Shown: positions 48,310-62,700 of the stretch, in pieces
How the letters are laid out: each line of letters starts with the position of its first letter
How positions within the stretch are numbered: position 1 is the stretch's first letter
Translations under genes and position numbers: made by a program
From: Balanoglossus misakiensis
Lineage: Eukaryota; Animalia; Hemichordata
Direction of reading: 5' to 3'
DNA length: 64,000 nucleotides
NCBI GenBank assembly: GCA_040954595.2
Contig: CM082582.2
Location: 13,676,327-13,740,326 of the forward strand
Notes under the pieces: generated by a model
Seen by the model: only the letters and a program-made list of their open reading frames with translations
The model's database searches: none
Told to the model about the DNA's origin: nothing

Positions 48310-51300
48310 TTGCTTATTAGCATATCCTCTCACTTTATAATACGGTAGAATAATGTATGTTTTACTGATTTAATGTCGACTTTGTCCTTCTTCCAATGCT
48401 GGTGGTGTATTAAGTACCATCATAGTCTGCTAAGAGAGGACATTTTCTTTGTTTCCCAGCTGTCACTGTCATATAAATAGCGTCTGCCCTATAATCTATT
48501 ACAATATACACGCACATACGTGCAGTTTGTTCAGGCCATCATGTCTGGCACTGCTTACAGTTGTTGTGTGAATTGTCACCCATGTCAAACTACAACTGGC
48601 CAGGGTACTCAAATCCTCTCCAAAGGCACAAAAAAGACCCTGCCAACTGGGCTTCCTTGTCAAGCATGTTATTTTCTTTTCGGAAATACGTAAAATATGT
48701 TCTAGTAAATTACAAAGCTTTTAAAGCTCATGCAAAGAATTCAGTTTTTTTTTTACTGTGACCCTGTCAGGTCACTGTTTGAAAATGGAGGCCTTTGAAG
48801 ATTTCAAGACAGCCAAGTAAAAAGCTGTGTATGTGTTCTAAATGGTTACTAGTGTCAGATACATGCTGTTTACGCTTTGATGTGTTTGTCGAGTAACACA
48901 AAGTCAGACAGATAATTTATGACACAGTATAACTCCTGGATTTTTCTGATAACCAATGACGTCACTCAGTAAGTTTAAACTTAACTACGAACAAACATAT
49001 TTACTTGGTTGAATATTGCGCTATAAAAACTCATCTTACAAAAACCTCTAACCCCCCCCCCCCCCACACACACATCTAACACAATTACCACTTTTACCAT
49101 GACATGTCCCCAACCCTGCTACTTTCAAGGCAATCTTTTACTGTAAAATTCACTACTGAATTTGTTTTGACGAAGTAAACTAACATGGAATTTCAAACCA
49201 ATCATAAGGACATTTTAGTTTACATGGCATACATACTATAAATTTACTGAATACTGCAGGTATGACCTTTTACCATCATTGCTTAGCATCTACATGTATA
49301 TCCTAATGGTTTACCTGTTTATAATTTTTCGAAAGTCACATATTGCGTTTCGTAAAAACAAATTAACCAAAGTAAGTTTGCTGGTTATTTTTAAAATTCA
49401 GTGATGTTTGAAACATTGCAGGATACCGATAGCTACATAATGAAAGCTGGCAAAATTGTTTGGAGAGCTAGACATGTTGAAAGAATGACCAGTTTGTGTC
49501 TGGGTCATCAAATGGAAGAAAATCAAGTGATACAATGCAGTTGCATGCTCCCTTCTTGACATGCAGCGCACATTTGCAGGCTTGACTCTATTATTAAGCT
49601 TGGAATATTTATTTGCAGAAATGCATATGTACTCTGATTAGATGTTAGTCTGGGGAGAGACGGTCGACGTTCTTCAATAATTCAACTCATGAGTTGATTT
49701 GATGTACCAGTTCAGTGATTTATCTATGTTAAAAACTTAACGACAGCAATTTATGTTGTCACAAAAGCAACATTCCAAGTTCTTTCAAGAAAAGTAACAT
49801 AAAACATCTGATTTAGGTCTTAAATGGTAAGTTAACGTTTTTTTGTCTCTATTTTTACATTACATGAACATGCTGAGGGCTTGACATAGCAACGCTAGCA
49901 TATGGAAAATTTAATTCATAAATTACGTGTTGGAGTGAATGCCCAATCTCTTCTGTTGCTGTTTGAGAATGTTAAATCAAGCTCCAAAATCATGACTGCT
50001 GAACAGGAACATTCTCAGAGATACTCCATGATAGGATACAGTGCGTGCTTGAGAGCTGGAAACTTGTGAATTCTGTTTTTCCCCGTAACACAAAAGTGTC
50101 CCCATGCTCAGTGCGGCACTTTTCATGTCCTACCAAAGAAACAAATTAATTGGTTTTCAACTGGTAATATGTCTGCTTAATGGTGCTAGTCTGTGCAGTC
50201 AGCCCTGCCTTGATTTCAAGCAAATATTCAATGTTAAGTAAGTGCAACTTTACTTCTTTGGAAACTTGTTAGCGGGAGTCGAATGCGTACAAAAAGACCC
50301 AGATCCTGCTATCGACTGCCGCATAAAAAGGTCTGGTGAGTCATCAGTTCAGTTTGTCTGCACTGCGATGTTCTTAACACTTTTATTATATGCTGTCTGG
50401 CTCAGCTTATTGAGGCCTAGTTTAGCAAATTCAGTAATACTGGGCATGCATAGACATACTGCGTTCTGACCTGTCCAGCATGGTACAATACGGAGCTACC
50501 CTTTGCCCTTATTCTGTCTATCTTTGGTCTGTCTGTCTGTAGCGTTGAATTATTGCTCGACGTGTCCAAGTAATTTTCTTTTTGTATCTAGCCAGGGTGA
50601 ATCGGCCCTGTCAGTGGAAGGCAGACTGTCTTGTAGTGATATCTAGGACAGACATCATTAAATTAGGTCCTACTCGACATCATAAATTGCTTCCATTCAT
50701 GTTGGCCATGATGTGTGAAGGGTAACATTGATTGAGAAATATGAGAGCACAAAGGGAGAAGATTAAAAAAAACAAGAATATGCTGAAGCTATAATTAGTC
50801 TTTCTTCGTGGAGCATTGCTTTGTCGCTGGCATTTTAGGATTTCTTTTCAGAGCGCATCATGTAAATAAAAAATTGTATGTGAAATAAAAGCAAGAAGGG
50901 TCAAGATTTTCTGTTCGTTGCTTTGAGTGTTTTCTATCAATAAAGATGAGTTCCCGGTTTTAAAAAAGAATACAAGTAATTTGTTAAAAAATTGGTTTCT
51001 AGGTATTTATACAAAGAATGTCTTTACTCTCTGATGTGTTGCTGTAATTTTTCATCTGCATGTATTATATGTCTGGTTGTTAAATACCAAAACATGAAGG
51101 CTGCAATTTATCATTTTGACTTGCAAAAGAAGAGTGCGTACATCAGAAACCATTTGCTTCAGGAGCAGTAATTCAACATGGTCTCTAGATTTGAGTTAAT
51201 AAAAAGATGGAGGTATTGCTACAGAGAAATGTGCATATTTCCAAGAACTCAGAAAACAGATCATTCGAAGATGTCTGTGGTTGGGGGACATTTTCCTGAT

Positions 51301-54300
51301 GTAACTCCATTAATTATGCTATCATCCTAGAATTTTCCTGCTTTGTCTTGTATCACTGTTGAACTTTTTGACATCCATGAACTGCAAATTGTTTTTTAAA
51401 AATTCATCATCCCCTAATAGTAGGTTTAAATTTTTCACCCTATGGCAAAGCAGTTGTAATTTGGTTTTGGAATTCAACATTTTGTAAGTCCCATCCACTT
51501 GTTTTTGAGATCATGTTGTACCTGTTCACAATCAAGCATCTGATCTCTCTGTAATCAGCGTATTCTGAGACACATTGGTGGTTAAGTCTTACTTGCCAGC
51601 ATCCACCCTTCAAATAATGTGATGTACCTGTTCAAATAAAACATCATTTAACCATTGTAAAAGTACCAATCCAGCTGACAGGTAGCATCCATTGTATAAA
51701 TGCAGTGTACCTGTACATTTGTAACTCTAGGCATTTTCAGTCAAAACTCGCAGTTCTGTCGTTCATCAAGAGATAACCCAAATTCCATCCTTGGTAGCCT
51801 TGGCAACAGGTCTGCATATGTTTCTAGATGGCAACATTCCATGTATAATCAAATTTAGATTGCATGAATTATTTTTATATCATAAAATGCATGTAAACAG
51901 TCAAAACAAAATGTTTAAAAGTAAATTTTAAGTGATCTGAGTGTTAAGCAGTCATCAGCAAGAGAAAAGTTCTCCAATGTTTTAAAGTTTTCTTCATTCT
52001 TGGTATTATCTAAGAAATTTCCTTTTCATAGGCTACATACAAGTGGGAAAATTCCAGAACCTTTGCAAGTGTTTAATATTCCTAACCATGCCCTCATTTG
52101 CGCAGGGATGAAAAATTGTAATATAAAATCATTCCCCACCTACTAGGAATTCTTCATTGATCAAGTTGACATAGTGAAGGGATAAATTCCTCAATGCATT
52201 GTGATTCATAGAAGTCATAAAGAAGATTCATGAATGCAGTCTTCAAAGATCATAAAAATCACACGCTTTAAAGTTGAATTTCACTGGAAATTACATCAAA
52301 TGGAACCTAGGTATTGTTATTAGGTTGACACAATTGAGGAAATGACTGATAATAAATAATTCTCAGAAGACAGATTGAGATAAAGTTTGAAGGTAAAATA
52401 TGTCTCCCGGTAATAATATTTGTGAATTTCCAACAATGTACTATGAATTCGCTCAGTGATGGGTCTAATTTGTCACCTATAATTCTCAAAATCATGACAA
52501 AATAAATTGGCGCTTCTGATACAGTTTGTGCATTCAAGACCTCTACAGGCATAATGATACGTCTGAAAATCCAGGCTCCATTTGTAGAAAATTCTGGTCA
52601 CTTCCTAATATAGTTTTTTTTATCTTTGATAAGAACAGCGATATGTTTTGTAAAATAAAAACGTATTTACTAAAGTACCATGATGTAAAATTTTATTGCG
52701 TGAAACAGACTGATCTTTTTTGGCCATTGTTCAAACAGCTGCCCAAATCTCTCATGTGAGAATGTTTTGCAAGTTGTTCATGGCGCTTTTTGATGCAGAC
52801 AGAAGTGAAGACAACTTTTTGTATTAATTTTCATCAAGTGTTGTCTGTAACGTGATATGAACCTCAAACCGTTGTCTGTCAGAACAAAACCACTCATGTA
52901 GAGTTGCATTCTCTTTTGTCTGTCAGTGCCAGAGAGAATTTGATCCTACCTACTTTGAAATGACACTGTCCCCTGTGATGTAATCCATTTGGAAAACTAA
53001 TTCCCCCCCCCCCCTCCCAATTTTGCAGTATTAGACTTTGCAACAATGCCTACTTTGCTCTAGTGGAGAATATGTAATAGACTTCATCTTTCATTGGGGT
53101 TGCTTTTTCTAAAAATTGTCTCATGCACTTGAATGATAATATTGCCATCCATGGATGTTCTAAGATTTAATTTTTAAAATTTTATACACCAGTTATGATT
53201 GGAACTTTGGCATTCATAACAAACACTGGGGGAAACAGTGGGGGGGGGGGGAATGTAATTATTGAACATGTCAAAATACAGTATTGTACCGTAACTTCAA
53301 TATTTCTTACAAACTTGAAAATAGATATTGTAATAAACCAAGTGAAAGCATTAGTCACTGGTGTGTTAAAACCCCACTGTTCAATTAGAACAACTGATGT
53401 ATATAAAACATTAGCCTTATTTTCTTTGTGAAAATTTTCATATTACTGAAAGCAAGTAATGAATGGAAGTGGCCTGCGGGGAGATCTACCAACAATAAGC
53501 TAGACTGAACCCTGCAAGGAAGCAGAGCAGACAGCCTTCATCTAATGGTTTTTAATTGTTACTTAGCCCAGAGAAGTGTCGTAAATTCAAGGCTTTAAAG
53601 CTGTGCCCGATTTTCTCCCCATTACATTTCTTTTATTAATCCTAAAGCCGGTACATGTATCTCTAACATTTGGGTATTTTAGAGCGAGATCGCCAGTTTT
53701 ATTACGGTAATGATCAGATCGATTATCAACATTTTGTTCTGTTATCCCATTTGTCTTGCATATGTCTGGATAATTTAATTTTGGAATAGTTTTGGCTGGG
53801 ACTGAGTTTCTCTGTAAGCAGATCTTAGAATGGTCTTTGTACTGTCTTGGCTCTATGATTAAGAAACTGCATCTTTATCACACTAGACCTATTCGGATTT
53901 CAGGATGATGCATATGTTTCTCGTGAAAAGTAGAAAACATTTGGTTTCACACTCCAAATTTATAGAAAGCATGTGTCTTATGTCACAAGATGAAGATAAA
54001 TTATGTTAGAATTTGTGGCTATATATTCCTACACATGACGATATGATGGGTCTTACCCAATGTTTCCAGAAACAGCCAAATGCTGAGGAAATCTGCTCTT
54101 TCCATGGTACTTATAGGAAACCTCTTTGTCCTAGGCTAGCTGGATTAAAGCTATACCCTCTAAAGATGTACCCCAGTCGTAATAATAATTAATCTATGAA
54201 AAGAAACTAAAATACACCCCCCCCCAAAAAAAAAAAAAAATGAGAAGAGTGAGAAATTGCCCCTTTAAATTCTAATCAGCATCTAAATGTTCATATTATA

Positions 54301-54792
54301 TAACCCATCTGGGGAAATGTACCTGACCTTGAAGTCTGATATTAAGATATGGGGAGTCTGTCACTGGAGCTACCATTAAATTTCTTGAAGGTCCCCTCTC
54401 CCCCAGGTTACAAGACAAGGTCATCCAGGACACTTGTTTGACCACAGACGTGGCAGGTTATGAATGCCCTGTTGCTGTGCACATGAGAGTCAGTCTGCAT
54501 TTTAATTCTTTTATACTGCGCAAACCTGCACGTTATAAATTAAAAGAGAGACGGGTCACAGGGTGATCCTTCAGCAGAGACGAGATTACAGAATGCTTTG
54601 TGTCAGCAAGCCCCATATATGCTGCGTTTGTTACCCAAGTCACTTATTCTCTGTGTCCAAGAGTTCGCATTTGACAATTGCCATTATGATCCAGTGAGAA
54701 TTACTGCAGTATGGTTGTGTTTACATAATTCTACTGTCTTGGGTAATGTCAGACTTGACTGCAGCAAGGGCACTGAAAATGTAACACTCGTG

Positions 54793-54833
54793 GGTGGTGG
54801 TGGTGGTGGTGGTGGTGGTGGGGGGGGGGGGGG
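54793..54833 (+). repeat. (GGT)n microsatellite merging into a poly-G tract
   Basis: About 9 GGT units followed by a G run; the source of the poly-Gly in ORF 54598..54861. Confidence 0.9.
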
Positions 54834-54992
54834 TTACTCCCAACAATTGGATGTGCCATAGATGTGCCATCCTTTGGTGTATGATTTTCAGCAGTTTGGT
54901 CTAAAAGTGTACAATTCTTTCAGGTTGTACTCTAAGATGGCATAATTTGATTGTGCACACCCTCTGTTTTTTTAAACTTTTTACCACCTGGG
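54820..54992 (+). mobile_element. Possible remnant of a poly-G/TACTCCC-ended MITE
   Basis: G-run followed by TTACTCCC...GATGTGCC...GTATGATTTTCAGCAGTTTGGTCTA resembles MITE ends common in marine invertebrates (recollection only); right end uncertain. Confidence 0.35.
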
Positions 54993-57757
54993 TCAGAGGT
55001 ACAGATATGTCTAAAAAATTGGCTTGTAACATACTTTTATGAATGACAGAACAATGACAAGAACCATGGTTTCTACTGGGTGTACAAAGGAAAACATCAG
55101 CGGTCCTCCCTGTTTCTTACGTTGATAAATGGAATCATTACAAAAATGTGTTTATTTGTGTTGGCTTAAATATTCAATACCCTGTTTATAGTGGCTCTGG
55201 GAAGTTATGTCTGGGATGAGTCAGAATTCTCAGACATGTAAAATTTGAAACATTGAAGAAATGAAATCATGTACATGAATGTTTGGAGAAGGCAGACGGA
55301 TCAGGTACACCTTTTGTGTCAGAAAAAGGCGAAGTTGTGAGTGATTGTGTATATCAAGAAGATGTCATGGAGAGGGGTGTGTCATGTGGGTGTGATTTGC
55401 ATATTGATTGGCTAATCTGCATATTATAGTTGGCGTCACCAGTTTTGGTAGTGTTATTTTTCTGAGGCATCTAGATTTTGTAGCTCAGTATAGTTCTCAC
55501 TGGCTAATGTGAACATTTGATGCATTAGCCAATAGTAGAGGAGTTGAAGTCACCAGGCACAGGCCTCTTAGCTGGTCTGGTTCATACAGCACGAACCCTC
55601 TCTCATAACCTGTGTGTAACCTGGTGTCTATGACCTGTGAACAGTTGAAGCAGAAAACGTCTTAAGACTGGTTCTTGTTTTTTCCCTCATTTGATATTTG
55701 TTTTTTTCGGTCTCAACTCACAGACTTTGTTCTTGGTCTCAGTTCTCAGTCTGTTTTTGTGTTTTTAGTTTGGGACACAAGTGTTATGTTGCTTGGTATT
55801 AGTTACCAGTTGGTTGGCCTTATACACCTGGATGACACCAGCATGACTAAAGACCCTCACTGAATTTAAATTAACCATTTTTTCTAATATTTGTGAAGTT
55901 TATAGACCTGACAAGCCTTGTAAAAAATATCTCTGCAAAGGTCCACAGTGTCTAAAATTTTCTATCAATGTAAGTGATGAAGAGACATGTCATCACATAT
56001 TGTCTTTCAGATCATACCATCCAGGTGCTGTAAGTGGTCCAGTCTCGTCAAGTGTGTCTTGTTTGTGATGATTTTTTAGTTTAGAAGGACCATCCAAAGT
56101 GTAATTTATCACCAGCGTGGGTGACTGTGCCATTTTGCCAAGTGCTTCACAGGTTAACTACACGGCGGACAACACATCCCACCAAGTCGTAAATCCATCA
56201 GAGACAGGGAACCATTTGGCGACAACAGGGTGATTTGGTCAATAGAAGAGAAGTGAAGCAAAACCGGGGGCAACACACTGGAGTAGGGTGTTGTTTAATT
56301 TAGCTTTACCAAAAGTTGGTGACTGCTGCATGCCAGAAAAATAATACGTTCGACCCACTTCTGGTCAGGAAAAGGTTGTTAGACCGATGCTGTGGTACTC
56401 ACGTAGTCGTACATGGTTGACCCTCGCTTGTACTGCCTTGTTAATGCTATGGTGTTCATTTTCTGAATTTAAGACTCAAGAGTGATGCCGAGAAATAAAA
56501 TCACCCTAACACCAACACTAGCTCTACTGTTGAATGACCAATTGTTTCAACTCGACACATACCGTGTTCATGGGTATAACATGAGAATATGTCTGCAATA
56601 TTATTTTTGAAACTGACTTAAATTAAATAATGGAATGTGTATAAATGTCCATGCGTGGGTTATGAATTATGGGCCATGACAACAGGTCATTGGGCATGTT
56701 TCAGTGAGATCAAAACAAAATGCTGGTAACCAAAATAATGTCGAAAGTTAGTGACTTTGTCCTTTTACCGTACTCTGCTAATTATAGACAAATGTCTCTG
56801 ATGTTCCTATCACACCACCATACAGAGTCCTGACATACATGTAAGTTGAGTATAAATTATAAAATGCTTGTACATGCATCTATGTATACCGGTAATGTGA
56901 GCAGAAATAGGTCTATTGGACATCTTTCAGTTGTTTGAAAGTTCTCTTTGGCAGTGTTGAAGGGGATAGTGTTAGTCTGTCAGTCTAGAATTTGTGTTTA
57001 ATCTTTGCTGTGTTCCAGTTAATCTGAATATTACAAATCTCCATCTTTGCTATTGGTATTCACTGATACACATAGTGGATAGATTTCTCTCACAAGACAC
57101 CAGGCTCTCAGGAAATGCCAACCAGGGTATTTTATATATTGTGGAGGGATGTGGTGTACACTGGATGTACATAAATATTTAATTAGTTTGACAGGGCTCT
57201 TACCTCTGAGTTAGCCAGACTTCTGTAGACGTGAAAAAATTACTAAGAGCCTCAGAGTAGTCTGCTTTAAGATTAGGATAGACAGTGAGTCGGCCAGGAT
57301 TCAGGGCACATAAATTATGGACAAGTTAGAAGCTAAATATGAAAGATGTACAATTGAGAAGCACCCTTAGTTCATGGAGATATAAGACTTGGACTCAATA
57401 ATGGTGTGTCTGTTGCCCTAGGGCACTATACATCAAGGAGGTATCCTGTGACAGAATCAGAGCCTGGCTGATTCTCTGTGGAAAGTTGAAAGAAACTTAA
57501 AATGGCTAAGTGGATTAAGTTTTTTGCCCCAATGTGCCAGAGGCATATACAGAGGAGCTTAAAGCCTGTCATGTTCCAATCATATCTGGCCCCTGTACGT
57601 GTCCATGTCTGTGTGTGTATGCCTGTGGGTACTTTTTGTTGCATTTTAAAGAATGATTTGCCCAGTTCTTGGGAAACTTTGATTGAAAAATAAAGCTTAA
57701 TGAGTTTGTGACATAGAATTTACAAAAGTTATGCTTATTCCCAAGTCCCGGAGATAT

Positions 57758-57843
57758 TTAACCCCTTTCAACGAAGGTCAAACCATATTATTGAAAACAA
57801 TGGGTTTGCTCCAAAAGTTGTTAGTGTATTGGGGTGAAAGTGT
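57758..57843 (-). mobile_element. About 90-bp TTAA-CCC mini element, degraded copy 3
   Basis: TTAACCCCTTTCA...GGGGTGAAAG ends; internal AAAACAATGGGTTTGCTCCAAA matches the family core in reverse. Confidence 0.5.
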
Positions 57844-59746
57844 GTCCAAATTCAGAGCATTCTTACGCACATCGAATTCTTTCGTTTTAAAAGAAGACTA
57901 GACTCTATGAAGAATGTAAAGATCAGGAAGGGTCCTAGTTGTAAACAAATGTGTGATCACACCTTGTATAAGATTTGTTGTAATTCATTGATACAGTTTT
58001 GATCAATCAGAAGTCACTTTGTGAAGCAAGCAAAAAAATATAAATGCATGAGGCGACTTTGTGTTGTGAATTCAATCATTTATTCCATAACCCCTTGAAC
58101 TTGAGAAAAAATTACAAGGCTTTTGTAGTTGCAGGCTACATATGACGCTATGATCGAATAGTCATTGAGATTCTCTTCCCAAGTGTAAAGGTGATCCTTA
58201 CACCAATGCATCTTGCCCTGTATCTTCTTTACTCTGTGAAAAATTTACAGCCCCCAGTTGATGGGATCGCATAGTGTAGCGCCATTACACTCAGGTGCCC
58301 TGTCAAAGTCTGCCATCCCAATCCAAAATTTATGGTCTCTAAATGAAAAGAGATTCAAACCGAGCAGAGCCACTCTGATCACTTCAGTGCTCGTCTAATC
58401 TGCTATCCTGCAAATTAAATTTCAAAGAAAAATGGTTCCGTGCAATCATGTTCTTTGTCCTCAAAATGCACTCGCTTGATTGCAGACTTTATAGACTCAA
58501 CTAGAAGAGTGAAATATTAGCATTATCTCATACAAATTGGGTGGTTTTATTTTAAATTATCAGCCCTGAAATCTCAATCCTAGTTTATAGTGTTTTTGAA
58601 CTACCAAAGATGGTGAGTAAATAATTTCTGCAGACAATAATTGGTCAAATCTATATAGAGTGGTCAGTTCACTTGATTTTTTATGTTACATATAAAACAT
58701 GTAAAATGGAAGTTTTGTATATCATAATTATGATGTACGTGTACATGTTGGTGATTTTATTATTAGCATAATACATGGTTGTCATGACCACCTGTAGAGA
58801 CAGCATTTTTGAGTGCTGGTGGAAAATAGTTCATCAACATTTCTATTCCAGGTTAATGAGTAAACAGTGGTTTCAAATCCTCAGGTCTCCTTGGAATGCT
58901 TTAGAGTGCGGAACATGATGAGGGAAGTGAGATGTTTGCTTTACGAAGAAAATTAAATACTATTTTCTTATACAGGTCTTGAAGAGCAGTTACATATAAA
59001 ACTTCACACATTATTTTGTCTGGTCACTCTATCAGCTTTTACCATCCCCTCACTCTGTGGCACTGACATGAACAGCAAACAGCACATTTGTAACATCCAG
59101 AAGAATTTCAGAAGATACAGTCTCACTACCACGATACAGTCTGGCTGTGTGTTATTTACCTGCATTTCCAACGGTCAAAGATTAATTTTATGCGGCACGT
59201 AGACAGTATTGATGAATTAATAATTAGACTCTTCTGACCTGTGTCTGTCTCTTACATAAGTTTATATTTTCCAAATCGTATATGATTGGCTGTGGTTTGC
59301 GACCTACATTTTATCTACTCAGAGGGCAAAAAGGGCAAGTTGGTATTTGTTGAGTGGTATGTACGAAACAACACATGAGTACTGTTCCGACTGTACATGT
59401 AAGCATGATTTCCACTTTATTGGTTGTTTTGTCTGCGGTCTTTGAGTAATGACAAATGTTTGCCTGTTGTTGCCAGTGTGGAGGCTTCAATGATGGTGAA
59501 GAAATTTGTAAATTGTCCATCCACAGCTTGGCTGGATTGTAAACAAGATGAAAACAAGCACATAATGGCTTCTGTGAGCCAGACGTTGGTGTACATGATG
59601 ATATGCCGCTTTCATTGTGCAGATCGCGCTTGCTGATACAGTCACATAGCCATATATATCTTGCGTTCTAGAGTTGGTTTAAAACATATATCTAGAGTGT
59701 CAGGGACTGGCTTCTATGAATTTGTAGGAATGTGTGCGTGCACGGT

Positions 59747-59774
59747 TGTGTGTGTGTGTGTGTGTTTGTGTGTG
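59747..59774 (+). repeat. (TG)n microsatellite
   Basis: tgtgtgtgtgtgtgtgtgtttgtgtgtg. Confidence 0.85.
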
Positions 59775-62700
59775 AAGTTGCAACATTTCAGATGATGTCA
59801 GAGAGCACCTATGCAATGCCAACAAACATCCGTGCTATTCAGTCTGCCACTTCTTAGTTAAGAGATTTGATACATTGTCCCGTACAATTAGTTTGCAGTA
59901 GACTGGGCTCCAAGTCACGTAGAGTCTCTCAAATATGGAGTGCATGCGCCCTGTTATTTTGACTATTCATAAGCTGAAGGTGCGCATGCCTGACACACTA
60001 CATTTTTGGGGTGCAAATTAAGTAATCTCGGCGACTGCTATCTACAAAGACATACGTCATGTCTGGAACTGTGAAAAGCCTGAGTGTGCATGTGTACACC
60101 ATCCTGAATGTGAGTACCTGTTGGAAACTATAAACATCTGCAAGTCATCACTTTATTCTCACTGTTACATGTTATTCCACTCTTTACCAAAAGCGGAGGC
60201 CTTTCTGGTGGAAACTCTAGTGCTGAAGATGGAGGTGTGTAACTCTGATTGATGAAACTGACTGCAAAATTTGTCATCACTTTTCGGCAACAGCAACAAG
60301 TGAACAATGGAGTTGTTCAACGCAATTGGTTGCAAATATCTCGAGTCTTGAGTATTTGCTATCAAAAGTGTGTACAAAAGAGCATCTGAACAATGTGTGC
60401 AGTTTGCTTTTTAGTTATTTTCCATCAACAACCTTTTGAAGGTTATAGATAAATGGAACTATATTTTGTGTCCTTTGCCGTACATCCTTTTGTTTCACAT
60501 CACTTTGTGATCCTGCTTGTGGAACCACTGCCTTCCTCGATCGTGATATCTTTCTTGCAGGTTTTTAAAAATAGCACTTTCTCTTTTGAAAGGATCCAGG
60601 ATGAATTTTACCAAATTAATTTTCAAAGATCAAATGAATCAAGTGATATCTGCAGTGGTAGCAAAGTGCTAGGAACTCCTGGTATTGCCACGCTTTGTCT
60701 TTCACCAACGGTAGAAGTGCTCTTCAAATCTGTCCCGTCCGATTTCCAAACGTGACCTTTTCCTACCAGGGTGGTTGTGGCTTATTGTGCCCTGTTTATC
60801 TCAGATACCTGTGAAATAGTTTCAGCGGATTTGTCCGTCATGCTAAATGTTTGCAGAAATTTGAGTGTGAAAACGGCTGAACGGGTTGTACTGGTTCCTT
60901 GAGTGCTTTTTGGTTGTCGATCATCTTAGTTGTGAGGCTGGACGTACCGGGTACATGCTGATTCTGAGAGAGGGATGAAATGCTGTGGAAATTGCAGACT
61001 TAAATTGTCATTAATTATTTTTATATTTCCAAAGAGAAACAAGGACATGCAGAACATTCTTGTAGAAAATGATCCAGTGTTTCAACATTCAACATTGAGT
61101 TATGATCTCAAAACTACTAGGGCTTTATGGTAATGGGAAATAAACTAATAAATTGGATAATTTCTTCTGAAGTTTTCGCAGTAAAACGTGTACCGGTAGA
61201 TATACATGTCTGGTTGAGTTCATTATGACCTTCACATTTCCATTTGGTGTTTAGTTCATTGAACCTTTCACCGGACAATCACCCAAGAAATAGTCTGAAA
61301 TAGAGACTGCCGATTGTCTGACATCAGTGTTGCATTGCAGTGTGGGATATGTGAAGGTATAAACTTGCTTCGCCAGTAAGAAATTGGATTAAGCAATTAT
61401 TTAGTCTGCTCTGTCATGGTGACATACCAGCACAGTGAAACAGAAAGGAAAGGAGCTGTAAGAATCTGAAACATCCTCCACTACCAACAGTCGAGTGGCA
61501 ATGTAAGAAAGAACTCAAAAGTTTCAACACCTCCATGAACTCATGAGTTGCTGTCATTATGCTGTGATGCTTAGAAAGTTCAAATTGATAACAGAAAATT
61601 GGTGTTATGTCATTGAATAACTTCATAGGGCCTGGGGGGGGGGGGGTTCCTGATGTCATGGTATTTTGATTATTACGCACTGCAGTTGAACTTCTACTGA
61701 AAGTCCAAGGATTGTCACTTGGTATACAAATAAGAGACAAAATATACCGTACTCTTGTGCTCCAAATATCAGGACAGGGAAGTTCTTTATAAATTACAGA
61801 GTAATATCCCGCTGCATGCATTTGAGTGGAACTTTTTTGAATTTTTGTGTCACTCTATGAACGTGCATGGAAGCTTTATTGCAGAAAAAAATGACTTGTC
61901 AAGAGTTTGGAGCTACAGATGAAGATACAGTCAAGGAGATGTTGAGAAGTTTGTATCCCATGGAGATAGGAAGTTTGGAGACGCAGGTCTTATCACACAG
62001 CCCAACAATCCCTCATCTTTGCCTTGCGAGTCAGACAGAAATTTAACCCTAAAGGCCTTTGAGCTGGCTTTACGTCATTTCAACCAAGCATCACCATGTA
62101 GAAAGGATGGAGTAACACTTTCAATGCTTGCCAGACCTCACTGTGCATATCTGTATAAAAGTATCATGAGTTCTAATGTCTGAGTGTGTATATTTTTAAA
62201 ATCTGTGACTTCATGGTGTTACTTTTGGTCTCAATGTATGCGAAATAGAACTTTGTTGGGATTCCATGGTATTTTCAAGTGGATTTCTGCTGCTATGAGC
62301 CATGCAAGCCATGAAATTCTCCTGGAAATTTCTAGAAAGTTGATTTACTCATTAATGATTGTTGAAAAATAAATTGATGTACAGTACTTGGAGAGAGCAT
62401 TTTTGATACCTAAAACACCTGAAATTTCAAATGACTTTCAAATGAGTGTATCAACCATACTAAATTAAGGTTTACCAAGTACCTTCTGACTATTAGTTTG
62501 TACAGCAAAATATAGCCTATTAACGTCTCTACCTAGAAAACACTGAAAGATTTGCCTTAAAACTTATTTTCATCATCATTTGCCAAACATTTACATGTGT
62601 AAAAGGCTCATTCTAACACCTTGTAATTGTTCTATTATTGGATAGTTAAAATGTGAGGCAGGCTTTGGCCATCTTCCTACGCACGGTAGGTTGGTCAGTT

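Noticed and set aside
54598-54861. ORF with a poly-glycine tract
   Set aside because: The poly-Gly comes from a (GGT)n/poly-G microsatellite; the rest has no recognisable protein features.
60227-60268. + strand peptide RWRCVTLIDETDCK resembling the end of an LDL-receptor class A repeat, as expected for LDLRAD4
   Set aside because: An in-frame TGA lies immediately upstream, the CDxxxDCxDxSDE spacing is missing, and there is no suitable acceptor; most likely chance.
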